From Ranitomeya imitator (lineage: Eukaryota), in assembly GCF_032444005.1 (NCBI RefSeq), contig NW_027193546.1, positions 496,001 through 560,000 of the forward strand: a DNA stretch of 64,000 bases, given 5' to 3'. The position numbers and the translations under genes were made by a program. This document shows, piece by piece, positions 62,888 through 64,000 of this stretch; the stretch's first letter is position 1, and each line of letters starts with the position of its first letter. Under the pieces are notes generated by a model. The model did not search any database and was not told where the DNA came from. It saw nothing but the letters and a program-made list of their open reading frames with translations.

Positions 62888-63780
62888 CTCCGTGTCCTTG
62901 ACCTGAGTGCACACCATTATCCTTGTTCATGTGATTTTTTGCTTGGTGTAGCACCGGTTTACCAGATGACGTCTGACATCTTCGCATACGACGACGCAAC
63001 CAGTTCCAGCATCTTATCGCAAGTTTCAAACTCAAGTGAATTCTTGAAAACCCCTCCCCATGAGTTGAGGACGAGGGACTACGAGAATTAGCGACGAAAA
63101 TTAATCTCATATGATTTACACTGCATAACTTTGGCAGAACATCATAAACAGGGCAAGATCCCGAGAGGTCTTAGGTGCAACCTGCGCCCAACACTTTTTT
63201 CTGAAGATCCCGATTACTGTGACAAATACAAGAGAATACTAAATAAATGTTCTTTAGACATCATTATTCTGACCATTGAATTTCTACAAAAGGCTATTAC
63301 GGAAACAAAGGACAGTATTAGAGCAATTGAAACACAACTATCTTCTACATTGGCATCCACAGACTCTTACTTTTCGCTGCTCCGGACAGTATTCCCTTCA
63401 TCGCCTCTGGTTGCCTTGTAAATATTGTACATATTATATTTTATATTTTGGTGTATGTTTATTATTTTGTCTTTTTTGTTCTTATTCGTTTTCTATTACA
63501 TATAATGTTATGTCACATACAGTTACTTATACTGTTTATTTGCTTTCCTAGTAACCCCATGAATAAGACCCGGGAGGGTCGAAACGTCGGGTTTCTATCT
63601 ACGAATTATCACAGTGGCAATTGTTGACTTGTTTTCGTGAATAAATCTGGCATATACCTTTTGCATCATACCAGTTTCGAGTGTGCGGTATTTTTTCTTC
63701 TACTATTAACTTGACCACACGGTCTGTTTTACCAGCACCTCCGTGTCCTTGACCTGAGTGCACACCATTATCCTTGTTCA
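62888..63780 (+). mobile_element. Penelope-like element, unit 2 copy
   Basis: Same TSD, terminal repeats and ORF remnant as 38689-39581. Confidence 0.75.
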
Positions 63781-64000
63781 TGCCCCCAAACACGGGCGGG
63801 GATCGGTCGCCATTATTACTCTGGGGAGGTTATAATAACCTTCATAGGCGCCATCCATCCGAAACATTAGTGTCCGGGACGTGGTCATCACATAGGAGTC
63901 TCCGTACCCGGTACACAGGGCGTCCATCTATCCAGCTGCCTCAGACAGCCACATTCCCTGTGAATATTCGCTGCCCTATTCACCCCACACGGATCTGATC

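Overview
Vertebrate genomic DNA, most likely a frog (inferred from the repeat families and histone sequences), from a tandemly repeated replication-dependent histone gene cluster. The repeat unit is about 24.2 kb (29857-54044; offset 24,188 bp to the next, near-identical copy, which runs off the window end). Each unit carries H1(-), two tandem degenerate BRAT1 C-terminal fragments(+), H4(+), H2A(-), H2B(-, mostly N-masked), a second H4(-) and H3.2(-). It also carries CR1, L2, Penelope-like and MITE relics, several orphan histone-type promoter modules and one orphan histone stem-loop. Directly downstream of each H1 gene is a 36-bp G-rich satellite (1-29862, about 680 units; 48735-54050, about 148 units). 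The main observation is that the satellite monomer is the H1 3' processing region itself. On the H1 strand it reads stem 3' arm AGAGCC/AGTGCC, then cleavage-site ACCAC, a spacer, and the U7-complementary element AGAGCTGTA, so it is a tandem array of candidate U7 snRNP sites. Three young CR1 copies, one with an intact ORF2, are inserted in the same orientation at the same position of the monomer. The very long ORFs across the satellite are artefacts of a 36-bp stop-poor unit.
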